A stretch of DNA of 64,000 bases from an uncultured Candidatus Rokubacteria bacterium (lineage in GTDB: Bacteria > Methylomirabilota > Methylomirabilia > Rokubacteriales > DASRDR01). Below are positions 1 to 8,806 of this stretch, in pieces. The stretch lies in NCBI GenBank assembly GCA_963826115.1, contig CAWGVS010000004.1, forward strand, positions 160,001 to 224,000, in the 5' to 3' direction. The notes beneath the pieces were generated by a model. That model searched no databases, was not told where the DNA came from, and was given only the letters and a program-made list of their open reading frames with translations. A program made the translations under genes and the position numbers. The stretch's first letter is position 1. Each line of letters starts with the position of its first letter.

Positions 1-300
1 CTCGAGCGGCTGCGCCAGGCCGGTGTCACGGCGGCGCCCGTCCAGACCGTCGACCAGGTCGCGGCGGATCCGCAGACGAAGGCGAGCGAGATGGTGCTGC
101 CCACGCCGCGGCCCGACCTGCCGGACCTCGCCACGGTGGCGCTGCCGGTGCGGTTCGGCGACGAGCGGCCGCTGCCGCGCCGGCCGCCGCCGCGCGTGGG
201 CGAGCACACGATCGACGTCCTGGGCGAGCTCGGTTTCGGCGCCGACGAGATGGGCGAGCTTCGCGCCGAGGGCGTCGTCGACTGGCCGCTGCCCGACTAG
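1..300 (+). CDS. CoA-transferase family III (CaiB/BaiF), C-terminal part, 5'-truncated by window edge
   Basis: Frame 1 reads LERLRQAGVTAAPVQTVDQVAADPQ...RRPPPRVGEHTIDVLGELG, the typical family III C-terminus (APVxTVxE...P.xGEHT..VL). Confidence 0.85.
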   Translation, partial: LERLRQAGVTAAPVQTVDQVAADPQTKASEMVLPTPRPDLPDLATVALPVRFGDERPLPRRPPPRVGEHTIDVLGELGFGADEMGELRAEGVVDWPLPD

Positions 301-307
301 GAGAGCC

Positions 308-448
308 GTGCATCCTCTGTTCCGCCGCAGAGCCTTGAGCCAATGGGGTGGAGGGGCGTGGGGCCACAGGTCGAAGGCCGTCGGCCACAGGCCGACGGCC
401 GTCGGACGACGCGCCGCCGCTCCGCCCCCCGTGGACAGATCAACGTGA
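308..448 (+). repeat. Intergenic repeat element containing a 46-aa mini-ORF (MIRU-like), two tandem 21-bp units at 362-382 and 383-403
   Basis: ggccacaggtcgaaggccgtc and ggccacaggccgacggccgtc sit inside an outer stem (345-358 with 415-428). GTG308 follows AGGAG (299-303), and the ORF's TGA overlaps the next gene's GTG (GTGA 445-448). Confidence 0.65.
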
Positions 449-1242
449 CCGACGTGGGCTTCCGGACGCTCCGGCTCGAGCGGTCGGCCGAGGGCCACGT
501 TCTCACCGTGACGCTCCACCGGCCCGAGGTCCTGAACGCGATGAACACGGCCATGGGCGAGGACCTCCTGGCCTGCTTCCGGGGCCCGGCGACGGGAGCC
601 GACGTGCGTGCGGTGGTCTTCACGGGGGCGGGAGACCGCGCCTTCTGCGTCGGGGCGGATCTCAAGGAACGCGACGGCATGTCGGACGAGACCTGGCGCG
701 CCCAGCACGTGATCTTCGAGCAGGCCGCGATGGCCGTGCTCCGCTGCCCCGCGCCCGTCATCGCCGCGGTGGAGGGGTTCGCGCTCGGCGGCGGCTGGGA
801 GATGGCGCTCCTCGCGGACTTCGTCGTCGCCAGCGAGAGCGCGGTGTTCGCGCTGCCCGAGGTGACCCGCGGGATCTTCCCGGGCGTGGGCGGCACCCAG
901 CTCCTCCCGCGGATCGTGGGCGCGCCGCTCGCGAAGGAGCTCATCTTCACGGGGCGCCGCGTGGAGGCGGCCGAGGCCCGGGCGGTCGGCCTCGTGAACC
1001 ACCTCGTGCCGAAGGGCCAGGCGCGGGCGAAGGCCGCCGAGCTCGCGGCCACCATCGCCGAGAACGGGCCGGTGGCGGTGCGGCAGGCGAAGAAGGCGAT
1101 CGCCTGGGGCGGCGAGACCGACCTGGAGACGGGTCTCGTGCTGGCGATCGAGGCCTACAACGCGACGGTGGTCACCGAGGATCGGCTCGAGGGCGTGCGC
1201 GCCTTCACCGAGCGCCGGAAGCCCCGATTCCGGGGGCGGTGA
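445..1242 (+). CDS. Enoyl-CoA hydratase/isomerase (crotonase family)
   Basis: AFCVGADLKE, GFALGGGWE and FALPEVTRGIFPG motifs. GTG445 preferred over ATG343. Confidence 0.92.
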   Translation: MTDVGFRTLRLERSAEGHVLTVTLHRPEVLNAMNTAMGEDLLACFRGPATGADVRAVVFTGAGDRAFCVGADLKERDGMSDETWRAQHVIFEQAAMAVLRCPAPVIAAVEGFALGGGWEMALLADFVVASESAVFALPEVTRGIFPGVGGTQLLPRIVGAPLAKELIFTGRRVEAAEARAVGLVNHLVPKGQARAKAAELAATIAENGPVAVRQAKKAIAWGGETDLETGLVLAIEAYNATVVTEDRLEGVRAFTERRKPRFRGR

Positions 1243-1251
1243 GGACCAGCC

Positions 1252-2418
1252 ATGACGTCCATGAGCCTGACCCTGACCGACGAGCAGCGCGCCCTGAAGG
1301 CCGGCGTCGCCGACATCTGCAAGCGCTACCCGGGCGAGTACTGGCGGCAGCTCGACCAGGAGCGCGGCTATCCCGAGGCGTTCGTCACCGAGCTCACGCG
1401 GGCCGGGTACCTCGGGGCGCTCGTGCCGCAGGAGTACGGGGGGGCCGGGCTCGGCATCCTCGAGGGTGGGCTCATCCTGGAGACGATCAACCACTGCGGC
1501 GGGAACGGCGCCGCGTGCCACGCCCAGATGTACATCATGGGCACGGTCCTCCGGCACGGCTCGGAGGCCCAGAAGCGGCGCTACCTTCCGAAGATCGCGA
1601 CCGGCGAGCTCCGGCTCCAGGCGTTCGGGGTGACCGAGCCGAACTCCGGCTCCGACACGACGAAGCTCCAGACCACCGCCGTCCGCCGGGGCGACCGCTA
1701 CGTGGTCAACGGCCAGAAGATGTTCATTTCGCGCGTGCTCCAGTCCGACCTGATGCTGCTCCTGGCGCGCACGACTCCGGTCGACCAGGTCAAGCGCAAG
1801 ACGGAGGGCCTGTCGGTCTTCCTCTTCGACCTCCACCAGGTGACAGGCCTCGAGGTCCGGCCGATCCGCATGATGATGAACCACTCCACGAACGCGCTCT
1901 TCTTCGACAACATGGAGATCCCCGCCGAGAGCCTGATCGGCGAGGAAGGCCGCGGCTTTTCGTACATCCTCGACGGCATGAACGCCGAGCGCATCCTGGT
2001 CGCCTCGGACTCCGTCGGCGACGGGCGATGGTTCGTCGAGAAGGCGGTGGCGTACTCCAACCAGCGCGTGATCTTCGGGCGGCCGATCGGCGTGAACCAG
2101 GGCGTGCAGTTCCCCATCGCGAAGGCCCACATGGCCGTCGAGGCTGCGGAGCTCATGCGGAACAAGGCGGCGGCGCTCTTCGACGCGGGCCAGCCCTGCG
2201 GGCCCGAGGCCAACATGGCCAAGTACCTCGCGGCGGAGGCGGCGTGGGAGGCCGCCAACGCGTGCGTCGACTGCCACGGCGGCTATGGCTTCGCCGAGGA
2301 GTACGACGTCGAGCGGAAGTTCCGCGAGGCGCGCCTCTACAAGACGGCGCCCGTGAACCAGAACCTGGTCATGGCGTACATCGCCGAGCACGTCCTCGGC
2401 CTCCCGCGGTCCTACTGA
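1252..2418 (+). CDS. Acyl-CoA dehydrogenase family protein
   Basis: FGVTEPNSGSD, NGQKMFIS, R..FGRPI..NQGVQF, HGGYGF..EYDVER motifs; GAGG SD. Confidence 0.95.
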   Translation: MTSMSLTLTDEQRALKAGVADICKRYPGEYWRQLDQERGYPEAFVTELTRAGYLGALVPQEYGGAGLGILEGGLILETINHCGGNGAACHAQMYIMGTVLRHGSEAQKRRYLPKIATGELRLQAFGVTEPNSGSDTTKLQTTAVRRGDRYVVNGQKMFISRVLQSDLMLLLARTTPVDQVKRKTEGLSVFLFDLHQVTGLEVRPIRMMMNHSTNALFFDNMEIPAESLIGEEGRGFSYILDGMNAERILVASDSVGDGRWFVEKAVAYSNQRVIFGRPIGVNQGVQFPIAKAHMAVEAAELMRNKAAALFDAGQPCGPEANMAKYLAAEAAWEAANACVDCHGGYGFAEEYDVERKFREARLYKTAPVNQNLVMAYIAEHVLGLPRSY

Positions 2419-2421
2419 GCC

Positions 2422-3360
2422 GTGCCGCTCGCATCGGTCGATCGCGTCAGCGTCACGACCGTCATCGACAACTCGGTCGACATTCTGCGCGCGGACGAGA
2501 AGGTCGCCCGGCGCTGGAGCGTCCCGCGGGCCCGGAAGATCGCCGACCTCCGGGCCGAGCACGGCCTCGCCCACCACGTGGAGGTGACCCGGGGCCGCGA
2601 GACCGCCGCCATCGGCTTCGATTTCGGGCTCACCGCGGCGTCGATGACCCACAACTTCCACGAGCTCGGCCTCGATGCGGGGAAGATCACGGCGCTCGCG
2701 CTCTCCCACGGCCACTCGGACCACTTCGGCGGCCTGCTCGGCTTCCTCTCGGCCTACCGGCGGACCATGCCGCCCGCGCTCCGGTTCTACGGTCACCCGA
2801 ACCACTACGTGGCGCGCTTCATGGAGCGGGGCGAGGACCGCGTCTCGTTGGGGCGCCTCGACCGGGGTGACGTCGCTCGTTGGAGTGTTGATGTGGTCGA
2901 TGTCCCGGAGCCCTTAACCCTGCCGGAGGGCGTGCTGCTCTCGGGCGAGATGCGGACGCCCGAGTCCTACGAGGCGATCCCGCCGTCCCTCCGCATGGAG
3001 GAGGCGGGCGCCCTCGTCCAGGACACCTTCATCGGCGAGCAGACGCTGGTCGCCCACGTCCGGGACCGCGGGCTGGTCGTGGTGACCTCGTGCTCCCACC
3101 GCGGGATCGTCGGCATCTGCCGTCACGCGGCGCGGGTCAGCGGCGTGGCGAAGATCCACGCGGTGATCGGCGGGTTCCACCTCTCCGGGCTCGACGCAGA
3201 GCGGATCGACCGCGTCGTCGCGGCCCTCCGCGGCTTCGAGGTCGACTACCTCGTCCCTCAGCACTGCACGGGCGCGGAGGCCTTCGTCCGGCTGGCCCAG
3301 CAGATGGGGAAGGAGCTGGTCGTGAGCTCCACCGGCTCGACGTTCACCTTCGGCGGGTAG
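2422..3360 (+). CDS. Metallo-beta-lactamase-fold hydrolase
   Basis: AEHGL, SHGHSDHFGG, SCSHRGI, GGFHL and QHCTG metal-ligand motifs. Confidence 0.88.
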   Translation: MPLASVDRVSVTTVIDNSVDILRADEKVARRWSVPRARKIADLRAEHGLAHHVEVTRGRETAAIGFDFGLTAASMTHNFHELGLDAGKITALALSHGHSDHFGGLLGFLSAYRRTMPPALRFYGHPNHYVARFMERGEDRVSLGRLDRGDVARWSVDVVDVPEPLTLPEGVLLSGEMRTPESYEAIPPSLRMEEAGALVQDTFIGEQTLVAHVRDRGLVVVTSCSHRGIVGICRHAARVSGVAKIHAVIGGFHLSGLDAERIDRVVAALRGFEVDYLVPQHCTGAEAFVRLAQQMGKELVVSSTGSTFTFGG

Positions 3361-3368
3361 GCGGGTCG

Positions 3369-3680
3369 GTGGCGGACCTCCCCGTCGCCTGCAGCCTGAC
3401 CGAGCCCGAGCTGGCCGAGCGCCGGGCGGGGGTGCTCGCCGACGTGCGCCGGAGCGTCCAGGAGGCGCGCTGGCTCGCCGACGGCGTCCGGCTCCGCTTC
3501 AGCGCCACCCCGGAGTCCCTCGCGATGCTGGCGACGTTCGTCGACCTCGAGCGCCGGTGCTGCGCCTTCCTCCGGTTCCAGCTCACCGTCGACCCCGGCG
3601 GCGGTCCCGTCTGGCTCGAGCTGACCGGCCCGTCGGGCGCGCGCGAGCTCCTCCAGGCCGAGCTCGGTCCGCACCGGTAG
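3369..3680 (+). CDS. Small Cys-motif protein (ACSL...ERRCCAFLRF family, putative metal/metalloid binding)
   Basis: GTG start 8 nt after the upstream stop; PVACSL and vicinal Cys ERRCC motif. Confidence 0.7.
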   Translation: MADLPVACSLTEPELAERRAGVLADVRRSVQEARWLADGVRLRFSATPESLAMLATFVDLERRCCAFLRFQLTVDPGGGPVWLELTGPSGARELLQAELGPHR

Positions 3681-3709
3681 CGGCGCCGGGCCCGCGCGCC
3701 GGAGACACG

Positions 3710-4489
3710 ATGGCCGGACGGCTCGCCGGGAAGGTGGCGCTCGTGACGGGCGGGGGCGGCGGGATCGGCGCGGCGACGTGCCGCCTGTTCGTCCAGGAGG
3801 GCGCCCGCGTCGCGCTCGTGGACGCCGACGCGGAGGCGGCGGCGCGTGCGGCGGCGTCGATCGAGGGCGGGGACGCGCGCGTGGTGGCGATCGCCGCGGA
3901 CCTGGCGCGCGAGTCCGAGGCCGAGCGCGCGGTCACCGAGACGGTCCGCCGCTTCGGGCGACTCGACGTGCTCGTGAACAACGCCGGCGTGCGCCTGTAT
4001 GGCCCGGTCACCGAGGCCTCGGCGGAGTCCTGGGAGTGGATCGTGGGCGCGAACCTCCTCGCCGCCGCCCACTGCGCGAAGCACGCCATCCCCCACCTGG
4101 CCCGCCAGGGTGGCGGCACAGTCGTCAACGTGTCCTCGGTGGCGGCCGTGCGCGGCCGCGCCGGGATGGTCCAGTACGACACCACCAAGGGCGGGCTCCT
4201 CGGCATGACCAAGGCGATGGCGCACGACCACGCCGCGGACCGGATCCGGGTCAACGCGATCTGTCCCGGCGCGACCCTGACCGGCTTCCACGTGCGGCGT
4301 CGCGCCCAGGCACGGGGCCTCACGCTCCCGGCGGCGGAGGCCGAGCTGCGGGCCGAGCCGGTCCCGAACCTCTTGCGCCGCCAGGCCGACCCGATGGAGA
4401 TCGCGTACGGGATCCTCTTCCTGGCGTGCGACGAGTCGTCGTTCGTGACCGGCGCCGTCCTCATGGTGGATGGGGGCGCCGCCGCGTGA
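3710..4489 (+). CDS. Short-chain dehydrogenase/reductase (SDR)
   Basis: TGGGGGIG, NNAG, YDTTK catalytic motif, VDGG C-terminus; GGAG SD. Confidence 0.95.
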   Translation: MAGRLAGKVALVTGGGGGIGAATCRLFVQEGARVALVDADAEAAARAAASIEGGDARVVAIAADLARESEAERAVTETVRRFGRLDVLVNNAGVRLYGPVTEASAESWEWIVGANLLAAAHCAKHAIPHLARQGGGTVVNVSSVAAVRGRAGMVQYDTTKGGLLGMTKAMAHDHAADRIRVNAICPGATLTGFHVRRRAQARGLTLPAAEAELRAEPVPNLLRRQADPMEIAYGILFLACDESSFVTGAVLMVDGGAAA

Positions 4490-4609
4490 CGCCCGCCGCC
4501 TGCGCGGGCGCCGGGGCTGTCCCGGGCCCGCTTGGGAGCCATCCGGGCCTCTGGTAGGCTGAATGGCCAGCGCGCGGGGCCCCCGGGCCCCCGCCAGAGG
4601 GAGCCAGCC

Positions 4610-6130
4610 ATGATCCGCACACCCGCGGCGTTCCTGACCGAGGGCGAGGTCCGCCGGGTCCACGAGGCCTCCCTCGAGATCCTGGAAGACGTCGGGATGC
4701 TCGTCCGGAACGCTCGCGCCCGGGAGATCTTCGCCAAGCACGGCTGCAAGGTCGAGGCGGGCGGGGAGAACGTCCGGTTCCCGCGGGCGGTGGTGGAGCA
4801 GCACCGCGCCGGCATCCCGCCGAAGTTCACCTTCCGGGCGCGCGACCCCCAGTTCGACCGGACGGTGCCCGACGACGCGCCTGTGGTGATCACGGGCAGC
4901 TCGGCCCCGGACATGGTCGATCCGGCGACGGGCATCGCGCGGCGCGCGCTCGCCGCGGACATCGCGCGGATCGCCTGGCTCGTGGACCAGCTGCCGAACT
5001 ACGACATCTTCTCGGTCTCGACGCTGGCCGACGACGCGCCGCCCGCCTTCTTCTCGACCACGCGGCTCTACGCGGCGCTCAAGTACTGCCGGAAGCCGAT
5101 CCGCATCAGCGGCCCACCCGAGGAGCTCGACTCCATTCTCAAGCTCGCGCACATCATCGCCGGGGGCGAGGCCGCCTACATGGCGCGGCCGTTCGTCACG
5201 CACCACTACTGCCCGTGCGTCTCGCCGCTCACGATGGACTACGACTCCACCGAGACCCTCATCTACTACGCCGAGCGCGGCCTGCCGGGCCATCCGACCC
5301 TCGTGCCGAACGCCGGGCTGACGTCGCCGCTCACGCTCGCGGGCACGCTCGTCCAGGGCAACGCGGAGTTCCTGGCCGCCGTCGTCCTCGAGCAGATGGT
5401 CCGGCCGGGCAAGGCGACGATCTACTCGAGCCTCCCGACGGTGGCCGACATGCGGACGGGGGCCTACGCGCCGGGCGCGATCGAGACCGGGATGCTGTTC
5501 ATGGGCGTCGCCCAGCTCGCGCGCTTCTACGGGGTGCCGTGCGGCGGGTACATCGGCCTCTCGAACGCGAAGGTCAACGACGCCCAGTCCGGCTTCGAGA
5601 CCGGCATGTCCGGGGTGGCGGCGCTCCTCTCCGGCAACCACCTCTTCAACATGGCGGGGCTCCTCGACGCCCTCATGTCGTTCGACTTCGCGAAGGCGGT
5701 CATCGACGACGAGATCGTGGCGATGCTCCGCCGCATCCAGCGCGGGCTCGAGATCAGCGAGGAGAACTTCGCCCTCGACATCATCAAGGAGGTCGGGCCG
5801 GGCGGGATGTTCGCCGACCACCTTCACACCCTCGAGCGCATGCGGAGCACGGGGTTGCTGCCGGAGATCGCCGACCGCGATCCCCGGCAGGGCTGGATCG
5901 AGAAGGGCGGCCTCGACGCCCAGGGGCGGGCCATGCTGCGCGTCCGCGACATCCTGACCCGCGACGCGCCGAGCCTGTTCTCGCCCGAGGTGGACGCCCG
6001 GCTCCGGAGCGAGTTCGCCGGCATGGTCGCGGCGGAGTTCGCGCCGCCGGAGGGATGGACGCGCGCCGCCGACGAGACGCTGTCCGACCGCGCCGAGCGC
6101 CGGCGTCGGCGGCTCGCCCAGCAGACCTGA
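4610..6130 (+). CDS. Trimethylamine methyltransferase (MttB) family corrinoid methyltransferase, non-pyrrolysine
   Basis: VHEASLEILEDVG, GLTSPLTLAGTLVQGNAEFLA, DMRTGA, NAKVNDAQSGFE. Leu occupies the Pyl-equivalent position and there is no in-frame TAG. Confidence 0.9.
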   Translation: MIRTPAAFLTEGEVRRVHEASLEILEDVGMLVRNARAREIFAKHGCKVEAGGENVRFPRAVVEQHRAGIPPKFTFRARDPQFDRTVPDDAPVVITGSSAPDMVDPATGIARRALAADIARIAWLVDQLPNYDIFSVSTLADDAPPAFFSTTRLYAALKYCRKPIRISGPPEELDSILKLAHIIAGGEAAYMARPFVTHHYCPCVSPLTMDYDSTETLIYYAERGLPGHPTLVPNAGLTSPLTLAGTLVQGNAEFLAAVVLEQMVRPGKATIYSSLPTVADMRTGAYAPGAIETGMLFMGVAQLARFYGVPCGGYIGLSNAKVNDAQSGFETGMSGVAALLSGNHLFNMAGLLDALMSFDFAKAVIDDEIVAMLRRIQRGLEISEENFALDIIKEVGPGGMFADHLHTLERMRSTGLLPEIADRDPRQGWIEKGGLDAQGRAMLRVRDILTRDAPSLFSPEVDARLRSEFAGMVAAEFAPPEGWTRAADETLSDRAERRRRRLAQQT

Positions 6131-6151
6131 GCCCGCAGGCCTGAGGCCGTC
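6131..6151 (+). repeat. Degenerate 21-bp repeat unit (same family as 362-403 and 49457-49515)
   Basis: gcccgcaggcctgaggccgtc matches the consensus at 17/21 and fills most of the gap between the two genes. Confidence 0.55.
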
Positions 6152-6155
6152 CAGG

Positions 6156-6839
6156 ATGACTGACCTGACCGCGCTCCCGCTCGAGGAGCTCCTCGAGCAG
6201 ATCCAGGACAACCTCTACGGGGGCAACCCGGAGCCCGTCGTGGCCGGCGTCCACGAGCTCCTCCGCCGCGGGCTCACGCCGTACGACGCCCTCACCCAGG
6301 GCCTCATCGCCGGCATGGACGTCGTCGGCGAGGACTTCCGCACCGGGAAGCTCTTCGTCCCCCAGGTGTTGATGGCCGCGAAGGCGATGAAGGCGGGGAT
6401 GGAGGTGCTGCGGCCGCTTCTCGCCGAGACCGGCGCGCCCCGCATCGGCACGCTGGTCATCGGGACGGTGAAGGGCGACATCCACGACATCGGGAAGAAC
6501 CTGGTCGGGATGATGATGGAGGGCGCGGGCTTCCAGGTCGTCAACCTCGGGATCAACACCGACGTCGAGAAGTTCCTCCACGCGGTCCGGGAGCACGCCG
6601 CCGACATCCTCGGGATGAGCGCGCTCCTCACGACCACCATGCCGTACATGCGCGTGGTCATCCAGGCGCTGAAGGAGGCCGGCCTCCGCGAGAAGCTCAT
6701 CGTGCTCGTCGGCGGGGCGCCGCTCAACGCGGATTTCGCGAAGACGATCGGAGCGGACGCCTACTGCCGCGACGCCGCCAAGGCCGTCGCGACGGCGAAG
6801 CGCCTCATGGCGGAGAAGAACGGGACGCCCGTTGCCTGA
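6156..6839 (+). CDS. Cobalamin-binding corrinoid protein (MetH cap + B12-binding domains; MttC/MtgC-like)
   Basis: FVPQVLMAAKAM cap, GDIHDIGKNLV B12 motif, MSALLTTT, VGGAP. Confidence 0.95.
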   Translation: MTDLTALPLEELLEQIQDNLYGGNPEPVVAGVHELLRRGLTPYDALTQGLIAGMDVVGEDFRTGKLFVPQVLMAAKAMKAGMEVLRPLLAETGAPRIGTLVIGTVKGDIHDIGKNLVGMMMEGAGFQVVNLGINTDVEKFLHAVREHAADILGMSALLTTTMPYMRVVIQALKEAGLREKLIVLVGGAPLNADFAKTIGADAYCRDAAKAVATAKRLMAEKNGTPVA

Positions 6840-7731
6840 CGGGCGCCGCTGGCGAGCGCTCCTCGCGGGACCCGGCCCGATCCTGGCCGACGGCGCCATG
6901 GGGACGATGCTCTTCGAGGCCGGCCTCACCTCCGGCGACTCGCCCGAGCGCTGGAACGTCGAGCGGCCCGACGTGATCCGCGGGATCCACCGCGCGTACC
7001 GCGACGCGGGTTCGCGCATCCTCCTGACCAACACGTTCGGCGGGAACCGCCTCCGCCTGGCCCTCCACGGCCTCGACACGCGCGTCGCCGAGCTCAACGA
7101 GGCGGCGGCGCGGCTCGCCGCCGAGGTCGCGCACGCGCCCGGCAGCCGCGCGGTGGTCGCCGGCGACATGGGCCCGAGCGGCGGGATCCTGGCGCCCCTC
7201 GGCGACCTCGAGCGCGACGACGCGGTGGCGGGGTTCGCCGAGCAGGCCGCCGCGCTCCAGGCGGGCGGCGTCGACGTGTTCTGGATCGAGACCATGTCGG
7301 CGCTCGAGGAGGTCGAGGCCGCGGTGGAGGGCGTCCGCCGGGCGGCGCCCGGCGCGCCGATCGTCGTGACGATGAGCTTCGACACCCACGGCCACACGAT
7401 GATGGGCGTGAGCCCCGAGCGGGCCGTGAAGGAGCTGACCGCGCTCGGCGCCGTCGCGGTCGGCGGGAACTGCGGACTCGGGCCGGCGGAGCTCCTGCCC
7501 GCGATGGTCGCGATGCGCGCGGCCGTGCCCGACGCGGTGCTGGTCGCGAAGCCGAACGCGGGGCTGCCCGTGCTGGAAGGCGATCGCGCCGTCTACCGCG
7601 GGAGCCCCGAGGAGATGGCCGACTACGCGCGCCGCCTCAGCGCCGCGGGCGTGCGGATCATCGGCGGCTGCTGCGGCAGCGCCCCCGCCCACCTCCACGC
7701 CATGGCCGACGCCCTGGGAGTGACAGCATGA
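6832..7731 (+). CDS. Homocysteine S-methyltransferase domain protein (stand-alone MetH Hcy-binding module)
   Basis: LADGAMGT, TNTFG, IETMS, GGNC and GGCCG zinc-ligand motifs, PNAGLP. Confidence 0.92.
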   Translation: MPDGRRWRALLAGPGPILADGAMGTMLFEAGLTSGDSPERWNVERPDVIRGIHRAYRDAGSRILLTNTFGGNRLRLALHGLDTRVAELNEAAARLAAEVAHAPGSRAVVAGDMGPSGGILAPLGDLERDDAVAGFAEQAAALQAGGVDVFWIETMSALEEVEAAVEGVRRAAPGAPIVVTMSFDTHGHTMMGVSPERAVKELTALGAVAVGGNCGLGPAELLPAMVAMRAAVPDAVLVAKPNAGLPVLEGDRAVYRGSPEEMADYARRLSAAGVRIIGGCCGSAPAHLHAMADALGVTA

Positions 7732-8696
7732 TGAGATTGCCTGCGCGCGTCACGATCTGCGAGGTCGGCCCCCGGGACGGCTTTCAGATCGAGCCCGAGT
7801 GGATCCCGACCGAGACCAAGGTCGAGGTCATCGATCGCCTGTCGGAGACCGGCCTCCCGCGCATCGAGGTGACATCCTTCGTCCACCCGAAGGTCGTGCC
7901 CCAGATGCGGGACGCGGAAGAGGTGATGGCGCGGATCCGCCGGCGTCCGGGCACCCGGTACGTCGCGCTCGTGCCGAACGACAAGGGCGCCGTGCGCGCC
8001 GTCGACGCGGGCGTCGACGCGGTCCACACCGTCGTCTCGGCGAGCGAGAGTCACAACCTCGCGAACGTCAACATGACCGTCGCGGAGTCGCTCGTGAAGC
8101 TCCGCGCCGTCCTCGAGGTCGCCGCGCGCGCGAAGGTGGCCGTGAACTGCGCGATCTCGACGTCGTTCGGCTGTCCGTTCGAGGGCGACGTGCCCATCGA
8201 GCGCCTGGAATGGGTGGTGCGGTCGCTCGTCGACATGGGCGCCCCCGGGATCGCGCTCGCCGACACGACCGGCATGGCGAACCCCCGGCAGGTGACGGAG
8301 ATCCTGGAGCGCTTCATCCCGCGCTTCCCCGGCATCGAGTGGACGCTCCACACGCACGACACGCGTGCCCTGGCGATTCCGAACATCCTGGCGGCGATGG
8401 CGTGCGGCGTCACCCACTTCGACAGCTCGATCGGCGGGCTGGGCGGTTGCCCCTTCGCCCCCGGCGCCTCCGGCAACGTGTGCACCGAGGATTTGGTCCA
8501 CGGCCTCCACGCCATGGGCGTCGAGACCGGCATCGACCTCGACCGCCTCCTCGCCGTCTCGCGGCGCGTGCAGGAGGTGGTCGGCCGCGCCCTACCGGGC
8601 CAGCTCGTCAAGGCCGGCCCCGCCACGCGCCGCTACCCCGTGCCCGACGGCGTCGCGGCCCGCGTGGCGGGCGCTCGAGGGACCGCCGGCGCGTAG
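7728..8696 (+). CDS. Hydroxymethylglutaryl-CoA lyase family (DRE-TIM)
   Basis: EVGPRDGFQ, FGCPFEG, LADTTG, HTHDT, GGLGGCPFAPGASGN. Confidence 0.93.
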   Translation: MMRLPARVTICEVGPRDGFQIEPEWIPTETKVEVIDRLSETGLPRIEVTSFVHPKVVPQMRDAEEVMARIRRRPGTRYVALVPNDKGAVRAVDAGVDAVHTVVSASESHNLANVNMTVAESLVKLRAVLEVAARAKVAVNCAISTSFGCPFEGDVPIERLEWVVRSLVDMGAPGIALADTTGMANPRQVTEILERFIPRFPGIEWTLHTHDTRALAIPNILAAMACGVTHFDSSIGGLGGCPFAPGASGNVCTEDLVHGLHAMGVETGIDLDRLLAVSRRVQEVVGRALPGQLVKAGPATRRYPVPDGVAARVAGARGTAGA

Positions 8697-8806
8697 CGCG
8701 AACGACGAAGCTCGGACCGGAGGTCCGGGATGTTCGGGCATCTGCGCGCCGTGTTCTTCGTAGGCGTGTCCTTCGTAGGAGCGGATTCTTCAGGAAGGAG
8801 GCCTCC

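Noticed and set aside
362-403. Tandem 21-bp repeats as a CRISPR array
   Set aside because: The units are contiguous with no spacers, and there are no cas genes in the window.
4610-6130. Pyrrolysine recoding in the MttB homolog
   Set aside because: No in-frame TAG, Leu at the equivalent site, and no pyl genes.
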